A stretch of DNA of 64,000 nt. It comes from a virus. Lineage: Duplodnaviria > Caudoviricetes. The stretch lies in the IMG/VR virus record IMGVR_UViG_3300025671_008697; one strand, 5' to 3'. The notes beneath the pieces were generated by a model. That model was given only the letters and a program-made list of their open reading frames with translations. It was not told the DNA's origin and did not search any database. A program made the position numbers and the translations under genes. Positions 47,059-56,008 of this stretch are shown here, in pieces. Position 1 is the stretch's first letter, and each line of letters begins with the position of its first letter.

Positions 47059-48861
47059 ATGTTCTTAGCAAGTTTAACTTTTTTAACTGGTCTGAGTATC
47101 TCAGCAGTTGCAATATATTATTCGGTAATTGGCTTGACTGCAATCTTTGCGGCCGCAGTTATTCCAATTGTAATCATGGGCACGGTATTGGAAGTAGCCA
47201 AGTTGGTTTCGGCTTGGTGGCTTAAAGCAAATTGGGAACGTGCTCCTGTACTGTTAAAGAGTTACATGTTCATTGCCGTGCTGGTTCTGATGTTTATTAC
47301 CAGCATGGGTATTTTTGGTTTCTTAAGTAAGGCACACATCGAACAAACTGCCATGAGCACAGAGCAAGTGGCACAGATCTCTACTCTCGATGACAAGATG
47401 GCTCGCAGTGAAGCCAAGATAAAACGTTGGCAAGATGAAATCAGTAGGCTGCTCAAGGGTGAAGATGTTCGTGTTGACAACTTAGTGGACAATGAGCAGA
47501 AAGAGTTAGACAAAATCTACAGTCGCATTAAAGATGAAAAAGCCACACTTCGTGCCGCCGCTGACAAAAAGGTTGAACAACAGAACCAACGACTAGCACA
47601 GGCTACTGCACGTAAAGAAGCAGACATCAAAGCCGCAGAAGAAAGATTCAAAGGCAGTTTTGCTGGCGGCAGTCAATATGATGAAGCAGTAGACAAAGCC
47701 AAAAAGACTGAACTTGGGGTTGCCAGTGCCGCACAACGTGAAATCAGAAACGTCAACCGCACATTGGACCAGGATCTTAAACGGGTTGACGACAAGTATG
47801 CAACTGCAATTAAAGACATACAAACTCGCATTGCACAACTACGCAAACAGGCTTCCAATAAAACAGTAGACATTGACAAGCGTATTGAAGAACTTGAAGG
47901 TAATGTCAACAAAGAACAGGCCATAGTTGACGGTGCTAGAGAAGAAAAGTTTGTGTTTGAGAAAAACTATCGCAAACTGGAAGCAGAAGTTGGTCCTGTA
48001 AAATATATTGCTGAGTTTATCTATGGTGAACAAGCAGACAAGAACTTGTTAGAAAAAGCAGTAACTTGGGTTATTATCACAATCATATTTGTGTTTGATC
48101 CATTGGCTGTGCTGTTACTGTTAGCCAGTCAGATGAGTTTTGGCTGGGCAAGAGAACAAAAGCAAGAACCTGAAATAGAACATAAACTTGAGGAACTGGT
48201 AGAACAGATTCCAGAACCAGAAGAGCCCAAGGTTGATCCCTACGATGCAAAACACACACCGGAAACACATCCCTATTTAAGATCAGGATTCGATCAACCT
48301 GAGGGTTGGCCAGGGGATCCTGTTGCGGCCCAAGAACCAGAATCTAAAGAGGAGATAATTGATGAAGTACAAGATGAGACAGCGCCGCTGGGCGACACTA
48401 CAGAAGCGCAAGAAGATTCTAAGCAAGTTGAGATAGATGGAGAACACTTCGATATTAATGAAGTTAAAATAAAAAATCACGCTGGCGGCTATGTTCAAGT
48501 AAATCAGAAATTAATGGCAGGCGATGTATTCCGAAGCCAATATCCAGAACTTGCTAAAAAATTTAGTTTACAAGCAGGTAGAGAAAGTCGTAGCGGCTTT
48601 GGTACAGCCTTTCCAAAGGATGCCGAAAAAGGAGACGTATATCTAAGAGTAGATGTAATGCCAAATAAATTGTTCAAATTTAATGGAAGTAAGTGGATAG
48701 AGATTGACAAATCCACATCTGACAGTTATACTTACGATGAACAATATATACAATACTTGATTGAAAAACTTGCATCAGGAGAATACGAACTTGATCAATT
48801 AAGCCCAAGCGAACAAGAACTTGTGGCGGAACAACTCGAAAGACAGAATGGCAAAACCTAA
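47059..48861 (+). CDS. Membrane-anchored long coiled-coil protein
   Basis: Three N-terminal TM segments, ~230-aa coiled coil, TM segment, acidic linker, small C-terminal beta domain. Confidence 0.75.
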   Translation: MFLASLTFLTGLSISAVAIYYSVIGLTAIFAAAVIPIVIMGTVLEVAKLVSAWWLKANWERAPVLLKSYMFIAVLVLMFITSMGIFGFLSKAHIEQTAMSTEQVAQISTLDDKMARSEAKIKRWQDEISRLLKGEDVRVDNLVDNEQKELDKIYSRIKDEKATLRAAADKKVEQQNQRLAQATARKEADIKAAEERFKGSFAGGSQYDEAVDKAKKTELGVASAAQREIRNVNRTLDQDLKRVDDKYATAIKDIQTRIAQLRKQASNKTVDIDKRIEELEGNVNKEQAIVDGAREEKFVFEKNYRKLEAEVGPVKYIAEFIYGEQADKNLLEKAVTWVIITIIFVFDPLAVLLLLASQMSFGWAREQKQEPEIEHKLEELVEQIPEPEEPKVDPYDAKHTPETHPYLRSGFDQPEGWPGDPVAAQEPESKEEIIDEVQDETAPLGDTTEAQEDSKQVEIDGEHFDINEVKIKNHAGGYVQVNQKLMAGDVFRSQYPELAKKFSLQAGRESRSGFGTAFPKDAEKGDVYLRVDVMPNKLFKFNGSKWIEIDKSTSDSYTYDEQYIQYLIEKLASGEYELDQLSPSEQELVAEQLERQNGKT

Positions 48862-49567
48862 AATATCTATATTATTACCAACAAGAAAACGTACAGAAGC
48901 AGTTATAAAAAGCATAGGCAGTTTACTTGCCTATGCTAAAAACACTGCTGACATTGAAATCTTAATTGCCTACGATGACGATGATGAAGAAAGCAGAGAA
49001 TTTTTCTCATCGACTTGGTTTGATTTTGTTGGGCAAACAGAAGCAACTACCAAAGTATTCGAAACTGAACGTTTTGGTTATTTAAAGTTGAATCGCTATG
49101 TTAATTTGTTGGGCGAGGAAGCAACAGGCGACTGGATTATGTTTTGGAATGATGACGCCTTAATGCAAACAGAAAATTGGGACGAGCATATTGTCAATGA
49201 AACAGGTTGGTTTGGCTGTTTGCGTATGCCTTGTACTTCAATGAATCATCCTTTTGCACTATTTCCAATAATTCCTAGATCTTGGGTAGATATTTTTGAA
49301 AAAATTAGTCCTGTTGCACACAGCGATTGGTGGATTTATCATGTGGCCAAATCAGCGGGAAGATTTAAAGATATTCCAGTTTTTGTTTACCATGATAGAG
49401 CAGATGTTACAGGTGGAAATAACGACGAAACGTACCAAGAACGAAGTTATGCCGCAGATGGACGAGATGCAACAAATCCAGATGATTATAGCCATCCCGA
49501 CAGACGCAAAGAACTTGAAGAATGGATTACTAAATTAAATACTCTACTTCAAGATAAAGTTTATTAA
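48848..49567 (+). CDS. GT2-family glycosyltransferase
   Basis: ISILLPTR.R, ILIAYDDDD, FWNDDA. Confidence 0.85.
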   Translation: MAKPKISILLPTRKRTEAVIKSIGSLLAYAKNTADIEILIAYDDDDEESREFFSSTWFDFVGQTEATTKVFETERFGYLKLNRYVNLLGEEATGDWIMFWNDDALMQTENWDEHIVNETGWFGCLRMPCTSMNHPFALFPIIPRSWVDIFEKISPVAHSDWWIYHVAKSAGRFKDIPVFVYHDRADVTGGNNDETYQERSYAADGRDATNPDDYSHPDRRKELEEWITKLNTLLQDKVY

Positions 49568-49574
49568 AGGATTA

Positions 49575-49856
49575 ATGATGCCAAGACTAATTACATATCC
49601 AGATATAAGTTTTGATGTTAACATACCTAAAGTTTTAATTAAAAATGCTAATTGGGACACAGAACTATGCCAACGAATTGTTAACGAATTATCTGAAAAA
49701 GAATATGACATTTACCTTTCTCATTCAGATATTGGGGATGTTCAGTGGGAAGAAGGTGTAAGGACAAAAGCGAAAATTACACTAGATGCTGATAATTTTA
49801 AACATAGGGATACTGTAGAATGGCTCAAGGAATTTGACGGAGACTTTCCAGCATGA
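49575..49856 (+). CDS. Hypothetical protein
   Basis: 93-aa ORF. Confidence 0.65.
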   Translation: MMPRLITYPDISFDVNIPKVLIKNANWDTELCQRIVNELSEKEYDIYLSHSDIGDVQWEEGVRTKAKITLDADNFKHRDTVEWLKEFDGDFPA

Positions 49857-50062
49857 CCAAGGTATTTGTCAAAGACGACAACGTAGAAAGAGCATTACGT
49901 AAGTTTAAAAAGAAAGTAAATGAAAGTGGGTTACTGCAAAACTTGCGAGATCGCGAGCAGTATGAAAAACCCACTACAGAACGTAAACGTAAAAAAGCCG
50001 CCGCCAAAAATCGCTGGCGCAAAAAAGTTGAAAGCCAAAAATTGCCAGTTCGGCAGTTTTAA
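49853..50062 (+). CDS. rpsU: Ribosomal protein bS21
   Basis: VERALRKFKK, YEKPTTERKRKKAAA. Confidence 0.93.
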   Translation: MTKVFVKDDNVERALRKFKKKVNESGLLQNLRDREQYEKPTTERKRKKAAAKNRWRKKVESQKLPVRQF

Positions 50063-50065
50063 TCA

Positions 50066-50099
50066 TTGACTTTTTCTCCCTAAGAAATTATAATAAATA
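50066..50099 (+). promoter_or_regulatory. Overlapping sigma70 and late-type promoters for hsp20
   Basis: TTGACT(50066)-N17-TATAAT(50089), and ATAAATA at 50093-50099. Confidence 0.75.
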
Positions 50100-50102
50100 A
50101 TA

Positions 50103-50162
50103 TTGTAGATGCCCGGGTGGGGTCTACAAGTCATAAACTTGCTTATTAAGGAGAAAAAAATG
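50103..50162 (+). ncRNA. ROSE-like RNA thermometer candidate in the hsp20 5' UTR
   Basis: Hairpin 1 is TTGTAGA/TCTACAA. Hairpin 2 is CTTGCTT-ATT-AAGGAG, where UUGCU pairs with the SD leaving a bulged G. Confidence 0.6.
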
Positions 50163-50603
50163 ACAAACTTTCACATTCAAACAATCGACTTACCTACTTT
50201 TGCTCGTCATGCTATCGGCTTTGACCGTGTGTTCAACGAATTGAACCGCACCTTTGCCAATAGTCGTACCAGCGACAACTATCCTCCCTACAACATCGCA
50301 CGTCTTGATGACACTCACTATGTTATCGAAGTGGCTGTTGCAGGTTTTGCCGAAAACGAAATTGACGTTGAAATCAAAGACAGCGTATTGACCGTAACTG
50401 GCAAGCAGGAAAAGAAAGAAAAGGAAGTTGACTATGTACACAAAGGCATCAGCACTCGCGCATTTGAGCGCACCTTTACGTTGGCAGACAACGTAGAAGT
50501 ACGTGCAGCCAGTGTACAGAATGGTATCCTAGCAATTGCACTTGAGCATGTTGTTCCAGAAGAACAAAAGCCTAAGAAAATTGCTATTAGTTACCAGAAG
50601 TAA
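50160..50603 (+). CDS. Small heat-shock protein (Hsp20/IbpA family)
   Basis: IGFDR.F, NYPPYNI, IEVAVAGF, HKGI..RAFER.F.L, NGIL.I.L. Start reassigned to 50160. Confidence 0.95.
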   Translation: MTNFHIQTIDLPTFARHAIGFDRVFNELNRTFANSRTSDNYPPYNIARLDDTHYVIEVAVAGFAENEIDVEIKDSVLTVTGKQEKKEKEVDYVHKGISTRAFERTFTLADNVEVRAASVQNGILAIALEHVVPEEQKPKKIAISYQK

Positions 50604-50609
50604 CAGCCA

Positions 50610-50630
50610 GGGGGATCCGTCCCCCTTTTT
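50610..50630 (+). terminator. Rho-independent terminator
   Basis: GGGGGA-TCCG-TCCCCC followed by T5. Confidence 0.8.
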
Positions 50631-50639
50631 GGATTATCA

Positions 50640-50954
50640 ATGAGCACAGAAACAGAAACCACAGTAGATGTCAAAATTAAGGCACGAGAGGACATTCCCG
50701 AGCCTGTCAATTATAATGTGATTTACATCAATGACGAAGTTACTACGCAGGAATTTGTCAGCGAAACTTTAGTGGTAATATTTCATTACACTAAGATGGC
50801 GGCAGACGATATGACAATGAAAGTGCATCAGGAAGGCAGTGCTGTGGTAGCAACACTGCCATTCGAAATGGCTGAGCAAAAAGGTATTGAAGTTACCATG
50901 CTGGCTCGTAACAACGGATTCCCACTACAGGTTAAACTAGAACCCGAGGCCTAA
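50640..50954 (+). CDS. clpS: Clp protease adaptor ClpS
   Basis: YNVIYINDEVT..EFV, VHQEGSAVV, AEQK, FPLQVKLE. Confidence 0.9.
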   Translation: MSTETETTVDVKIKAREDIPEPVNYNVIYINDEVTTQEFVSETLVVIFHYTKMAADDMTMKVHQEGSAVVATLPFEMAEQKGIEVTMLARNNGFPLQVKLEPEA

Positions 50955-51479
50955 ATGGACGTAATGCTTGACTTGGAAACACTGGCCACAAGTCCAGACT
51001 GTGTAGTGCTGACTTTTGGTGCAGTAAAGTTTGATCCATTCACTGACACTATAGACAAAGGCATGTACATTCGTTTAGACGTAGACGAACAGATTGCGCT
51101 AGGACGCAGAGTTGACGAAGGCACACTGGAGTGGTGGGGCCGACAAAATGAACAAGTCAGAGAAGAAGCCTTGGGCGAAGATGGCAGAATTTCAATTGAT
51201 GAATTTACCAGTCAACTTAATCAGTTTATAGTGGGTGCAAACAGAATATGGGCACAGGGTCCTGTGTTTGACATTGTGATTTTAGAAAACTTGTACAGAC
51301 AGGCGAGTAAACCTGCTCCTTGGCCTTATTACACTATTAGAGACAGTCGCACACTATTGAAGGCCTTGGGCGATGACAGAGAAGGTGGAGCAAACTTACA
51401 CAATGCACTAGCAGACTGTGTCAGTCAAGCAGAGGCAGTACAATCAGCAGTAAAACGATATAAACTAACAGAACTATGA
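50955..51479 (+). CDS. DEDDh 3'-5' exonuclease (RNase H-like, phage type)
   Basis: VMLDLETL, WAQG..FD, RDSRT, HNALADC. Confidence 0.85.
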   Translation: MDVMLDLETLATSPDCVVLTFGAVKFDPFTDTIDKGMYIRLDVDEQIALGRRVDEGTLEWWGRQNEQVREEALGEDGRISIDEFTSQLNQFIVGANRIWAQGPVFDIVILENLYRQASKPAPWPYYTIRDSRTLLKALGDDREGGANLHNALADCVSQAEAVQSAVKRYKLTEL

Positions 51480-51928
51480 AATACTATCTAGCATACGGAA
51501 TGAATACTAACATTGAGGAAATGCGGCGCCGTTGCCCTCAGGCACAGAGTTTAGGTAAAGTTACTGTGCCCAACTATAGACTGGCCTTCAAAACACATTG
51601 CGATGTTGTTTACACTCCAGGAGAAACAATGGAATGTGTGCTATGGAGCATTTCAGATCAATGCGAACTGGCCTTGGATCAATTAGAAGGCTTTCCGGAT
51701 TACTATGACAAGCGCGAAGTACAAATCAAATACAACGGCAAAACTATTAGACCTATGATTTACTACATGTGTTCTGGGTTCGGTTATGCGGCGCCCAGTG
51801 AACATTACTTAACAATGGTGGCTGAAGGATATAGCAAACACAACATTCCTATCGCACAAATTATTACAGCATTAGAGGATATCACACGATGTACATTATT
51901 GTCGGCGAACAAAGAGCCAGTGTATTAA
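51476..51928 (+). CDS. Gamma-glutamylcyclotransferase-fold protein
   Basis: YLAYGMN, RCP, LDQLEG.P..Y, APSEHY. Confidence 0.85.
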   Translation: MKYYLAYGMNTNIEEMRRRCPQAQSLGKVTVPNYRLAFKTHCDVVYTPGETMECVLWSISDQCELALDQLEGFPDYYDKREVQIKYNGKTIRPMIYYMCSGFGYAAPSEHYLTMVAEGYSKHNIPIAQIITALEDITRCTLLSANKEPVY

Positions 51929-52191
51929 GGGATACTCATACAGTACTCAGTCTTGAAAAGATTGTTCACGAAGGCACAGAAGACAGAGCCTACTGTGTTA
52001 TTCCCAGTGAAGTTGTGAATTTCATGGAAATTCCACAACTCGAACAACACGTGGGTTTGCACGAACAGTTTGTAGCAGAATACGAAAAAGAAAACTATCA
52101 GTACTGCCGAGATGCTGCTGAACATTTATATGGTAAGTTTGGCGGCGAACTTGATACATTTTACGATGAAATATTAAAACGCATCAGTTAA
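51889..52191 (+). CDS. Hypothetical protein
   Basis: 100-aa ORF. Confidence 0.65.
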   Translation: MYIIVGEQRASVLRDTHTVLSLEKIVHEGTEDRAYCVIPSEVVNFMEIPQLEQHVGLHEQFVAEYEKENYQYCRDAAEHLYGKFGGELDTFYDEILKRIS

Positions 52192-52199
52192 CTTAAGCC

Positions 52200-52232
52200 A
52201 AACCCTCTGTAAATATCTATGGAGGGTTTTTT
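52200..52232 (+). promoter_or_regulatory. Terminator-like hairpin enclosing a late promoter and pairing the downstream SD
   Basis: AAACCCTC(52200-52207)/GAGGGTTT(52222-52229) plus T-tract, TAAATA at 52210-52215, GGAGG at 52221-52225. Confidence 0.7.
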
Positions 52233-52391
52233 ATGACTTGGTTCAAGCACAGACCAAAACCCAAGGATGGGGTTAGTTATCATCCTAACAAAAACACACC
52301 GGTGCAGCGAGCACTGTGGGATTCCGCAAAGAATCCACCCAAAGAACGGGACAATAAACTGCCACAAGAATTCAATAACCAAAATCAATAA
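52233..52391 (+). CDS. Small basic Pro-rich protein, 52 aa (absent from ORF track)
   Basis: MTWFKHRPKPKDGVSYHPNKNTPVQRALWDSAKNPPKERDNKLPQEFNNQNQ, with GGAGG SD 7 nt upstream. Confidence 0.65.
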   Translation: MTWFKHRPKPKDGVSYHPNKNTPVQRALWDSAKNPPKERDNKLPQEFNNQNQ

Positions 52392-52437
52392 ATACTGCTG
52401 TCCACTTATAATCAAAACAAGGACAGAGGAGCAAAAA

Positions 52438-53355
52438 ATGCCTAAGGCGTTTCGTTTAGCAAAAGCATTCAGTGCGTTTGCGTTTTTTATGATGGTTGCA
52501 GGTGCACATGCACAGACTTATGATAGCACCACAAAGGTTGATACAAACAATACTAGTACCAGTACCAGCACGGTAAACAGCACAAACACTAACAACAATA
52601 CTAATACTAACACCAATACAACAACGGTGGACAGTACCAGCACGAATACTAATACTAATACTAATACTAACACCAACTATAATGTTAATAGTGGTGAGCA
52701 GACTTTTAACAATAACAATGTAACTACCAGTACAAACACTAACACAAACATCAACACAAATACTACCACAAGCACAAACACAAATACCAATAACAACACC
52801 AGTACGAGTACAAACACTAACACAAATACGAATACAAATAATAACACTACCACTAGTACCAATACAAACACGAACAACAATGTGAATACTGGCGACATGA
52901 CCAATCGTAATATAAACGACAGTAAGATAGAGCAGACAGTAAAAAGTCCACCTCCCACTGCTGTAGCACCGTCAATGATGAGCGGAGGTAACAGTGATTT
53001 GTGTACTACAGGAACAAGTGGCGCATTACAGACGCAGATACTGGGTATTAGCACAGGCGGCACTGTAAGAGATCTAAATTGTGAAAGATTGAAGAATGCC
53101 AAAGTACTCTATGATATGGGCATGAAAGTAGCTGCAGTGGCAGTAATGTGCCAAGACAGACGTGTGTTTGATGCTATGTGGAATGCAGGTACGCCTTGTC
53201 CCTACGAGGGTAAAATTGGAGACGCCGCAAGAGCAAGTTGGATATTAAACAACGATAAAATACCTAAACCAGAGGATCCACCACAGGATGAAACTATTAA
53301 GAAAATTGGCATCAGTGCTGCTGTTGCCATTGTGCTTGGTCTCGCAGTATTCTAA
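52438..53355 (+). CDS. Secreted Thr/Asn-repeat protein with Cys-rich conserved domain and C-terminal TM
   Basis: Signal peptide (AHA/Q), (TN)n region, DLCT...NCERLK...MCQD...PCPY, terminal hydrophobic helix. AGGAG SD supports start at 52438. Confidence 0.8.
   Translation: MPKAFRLAKAFSAFAFFMMVAGAHAQTYDSTTKVDTNNTSTSTSTVNSTNTNNNTNTNTNTTTVDSTSTNTNTNTNTNTNYNVNSGEQTFNNNNVTTSTNTNTNINTNTTTSTNTNTNNNTSTSTNTNTNTNTNNNTTTSTNTNTNNNVNTGDMTNRNINDSKIEQTVKSPPPTAVAPSMMSGGNSDLCTTGTSGALQTQILGISTGGTVRDLNCERLKNAKVLYDMGMKVAAVAVMCQDRRVFDAMWNAGTPCPYEGKIGDAARASWILNNDKIPKPEDPPQDETIKKIGISAAVAIVLGLAVF
52543..52890 (+). repeat. Degenerate coding repeat (ACN AAY)n
   Basis: Alternating Thr/Asn codons with varied third positions. 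Protein units such as NNTTTSTNTNTN. Confidence 0.9.
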
Positions 53356-54883
53356 CGCTCAAACAAGTACAACAGGTCAACTTTTCCAAGACAACCAATG
53401 GTCGGGCTGTTATACCTATGCCTCCGGAGGATTTTGGGGTGGAACTAGTGGCGGGCCCTGTCCGGCAATGAGTTTTGATGAAGGATATGCAGGCAGTAAT
53501 CAGATAATTTTTAGTTATGGCAGAGAGACGCTCAGTCAGACATACTCTCTTGCCAACGCATTACCTAACTCGGGCACAGGTCTTCAAGTTAACGGATACA
53601 ACTGGCACTGGCATGTAAAGAATTCTAATATTAACGGAACGCAACCTGGCAGTTACGATCAGGTTGCCTACGTAAACGTTAGTTTATTAAGTTCAACTGG
53701 TTCTGTGCTCGAATCAGACACTTATGATTACGGTTATCACTTACCCGATTGGATTAATCCAAGTGGCACAAGAACTTATACTAATCCTTATAGCACGACT
53801 CAAGCCAGTTCAATTCGATTGAGCGTGACAGGTCAGGATGGTGGGAACTGGGCAGGTTATTATGGTCCAGAGTTTATGCACTTTAGTTTAACTGTAAATT
53901 ATTCAGTTGACCCTTGTGCCGACAATCCATTCTATTCACCAACCTGTCCAGGTTTTGCTGAAGCACTTGCAAAACTTTCTGAAACTGCAAACACAGGCAC
54001 TGAAGAACAAACTGCGGCCACTGACAGCGCCTCTACAGGAATGGACACAGATTCAAACACGCAGACTGCCGCTGCTGATCCGATACGGTCTGTAACAGAA
54101 GTAACTACAGATGTTGGAGGTGCCGAACTATCTGCAACAGGAGAAATAGTTATTGACGATGGTGTACCTAGTGCTGCAAAAGAAAGTGCAAAAGAAAGCA
54201 TGGTAAAAGAAGAACAACAAGCACAGGAAAGTGCAGTGGCTTCAACAGAAAGAAAACCAGGCGCAAAAGTTAATGCACTCAGTATTGCTCAAAATGCAGC
54301 AAGACAAGCAGAACAAACCGCTCTTAGTGTGGCAGCACAGAGTACAGAACAAAGTTTATCTGCAATGTCTAATCCCGCAGACGGAGTTGGTTTAGACAGT
54401 TTAGGCACAGGTATTAGGATACCGGGACTTACTTCTTTACAAAACCTTGCTATGACAACAACCGAATCAATGCCTTCACAGTCTTACAGTTTAACAAGAA
54501 CACAGTCTATGAGAAATCAAGATCAAGCCATCATATCTACAAACTTGTCACAGTCTGAAACTAAAACAACCGCTGCAGTTGATACCACAGTGACACAGTC
54601 GCAAGTAGCACAGCCGCAAGAACAAACACAAACAACTGCCAAAAGCGCAGTGCGTAATGGCGGAAAAGTAGAAGGTATGGAGGGAGGAGCGGACATGACC
54701 GCATTGACAAAACCTCCTGCCAACTTTAATCAATACTTACAGGCACAATTAGTGGATGCAGCATTTTATCAACAACGTGAAATATATCGCGGGCAAAGAA
54801 CTGTTGATAATGTTAGAGCGCTGCGTGGATTAGGCACAGACAGATTACACCAACAAATGGTAGACCAACAATACGGGAGATAA
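53288..54883 (+). CDS. Secreted protein: beta-sandwich-like N-domain, Cys motif, A/T/S/Q-rich tail
   Basis: Signal peptide, DPCADNPFYSPTCPG, low-complexity C-half. Overlaps the upstream gene by 68 nt. Confidence 0.75.
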   Translation: MKLLRKLASVLLLPLCLVSQYSNAQTSTTGQLFQDNQWSGCYTYASGGFWGGTSGGPCPAMSFDEGYAGSNQIIFSYGRETLSQTYSLANALPNSGTGLQVNGYNWHWHVKNSNINGTQPGSYDQVAYVNVSLLSSTGSVLESDTYDYGYHLPDWINPSGTRTYTNPYSTTQASSIRLSVTGQDGGNWAGYYGPEFMHFSLTVNYSVDPCADNPFYSPTCPGFAEALAKLSETANTGTEEQTAATDSASTGMDTDSNTQTAAADPIRSVTEVTTDVGGAELSATGEIVIDDGVPSAAKESAKESMVKEEQQAQESAVASTERKPGAKVNALSIAQNAARQAEQTALSVAAQSTEQSLSAMSNPADGVGLDSLGTGIRIPGLTSLQNLAMTTTESMPSQSYSLTRTQSMRNQDQAIISTNLSQSETKTTAAVDTTVTQSQVAQPQEQTQTTAKSAVRNGGKVEGMEGGADMTALTKPPANFNQYLQAQLVDAAFYQQREIYRGQRTVDNVRALRGLGTDRLHQQMVDQQYGR

Positions 54884-54885
54884 CG

Positions 54886-55428
54886 ATGTCAGATAAAGAT
54901 TTAGGCGAAGGCATTGAAAAATTTGAAGAAGAAATAGAAGGTCTTAAAAACAAAGAGTTCAGACTGTTTGGCGTTAAGATGACGGCCATGACTGTAAGTG
55001 CTGCATTTGCACTGATATCAGCCATAGTAGGTTCACTGTACGGAGCATTTGAAGTCTACAAAGACTACATGGAGATGAAGGAGCAGATTCAAAGTTATGT
55101 TGCTCCTGATCTGAGTGGTATTAATGAACGCTTAACAGCAGTTGATAAAAAGATGGAAGGCATTGCTGCCAACGTACAGCAATCCACAGAATACACCAAT
55201 GAGATTAAAAATGATTTAAAAGGTGATATTCGTAGAGTTGAAAAGGTAGTTGAGGGCGTAGAGCGTTCAACAAAGGAACAACAACGTCAGGTTGATGCTG
55301 ATTTAAAGACAGCTAGAAATGAAATGCGCGATTTACAAAAAGAAGTGGATCGAGGGTTAAAAGAAGTTCGTACAGACTTAGAGAAAAAACTTAAGGAAGC
55401 ATTAGACAATCCATTGGCCGGGCAGTAA
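54886..55428 (+). CDS. Single-TM coiled-coil protein
   Basis: TM MTVSAAFALISAIVGSLYGAF, long heptad region, terminal LDNPL. Confidence 0.8.
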   Translation: MSDKDLGEGIEKFEEEIEGLKNKEFRLFGVKMTAMTVSAAFALISAIVGSLYGAFEVYKDYMEMKEQIQSYVAPDLSGINERLTAVDKKMEGIAANVQQSTEYTNEIKNDLKGDIRRVEKVVEGVERSTKEQQRQVDADLKTARNEMRDLQKEVDRGLKEVRTDLEKKLKEALDNPLAGQ

Positions 55429-55485
55429 ACAGCACACTATTAGTTTTTGCTAGTTGCTAGTAAATACTAGTAAGGAGTAAGACCA

Positions 55486-55959
55486 ATGGATCCGCTGACA
55501 CTGTTAGCCGGAGCCAGTGCCGCATTTAAAGGTGTGCAAACACTGGTAAATCACGGACGTGATATTGAAGATGTATTTGGACAGTTAGCCAAATGGGCTA
55601 CACACGTCAGCGACTTACAGGAATGGGTCAGAGGGCAAGAAAGCAAGCCCAGCATCTGGAAAAAACTCAGTTTTAAAGACGACACTGCTGAAGCACTAAA
55701 CACCATGGTAGTGCGTCAACGTATTGCCAATCAAGAAAAAGAAATACGTGAAATGTTTCAATGGTATGGGCCACCTGGTGCATACGAAGAATTTATCCAA
55801 GAACGCCGTCGCATTAAAGATCAACGTGAGCGCATGATCTATGAACAACGCAGGCGTCGTCAAGCATTTTTCTGGAACTGTGTAAACGGGGTGGCGATAG
55901 CAACACTGTTGGGTATAATCGGCGGTGTTGTATATGGATTAATTGTACTCGTAAGTTAA
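55486..55959 (+). CDS. Hypothetical protein with C-terminal TM
   Basis: TAAATA and AAGGAG upstream, hydrophobic C-terminus. Confidence 0.75.
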   Translation: MDPLTLLAGASAAFKGVQTLVNHGRDIEDVFGQLAKWATHVSDLQEWVRGQESKPSIWKKLSFKDDTAEALNTMVVRQRIANQEKEIREMFQWYGPPGAYEEFIQERRRIKDQRERMIYEQRRRRQAFFWNCVNGVAIATLLGIIGGVVYGLIVLVS

Positions 55960-56008
55960 CCTCAGGAGCAAAAAAAATTTATATATTAGTTTAAAGGAAA
56001 ACACCGCC

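Noticed and set aside
50109-50159. N-terminal extensions given by the ORF track (also 1720, 2688, 14942, 16340, 18208, 52267)
   Set aside because: SD position, promoter position, stop/start coupling and family N-termini favour the downstream starts used above.
52543-52890. CRISPR array or slippage microsatellite
   Set aside because: There are no constant-length repeats with unique spacers. The periodicity is codon-level inside an ORF with varied third positions.
52677-53102. Minus-strand V/F/L-rich 141-aa ORF
   Set aside because: It is the antisense shadow of the (ACN AAY)n repeat and has no promoter or SD.
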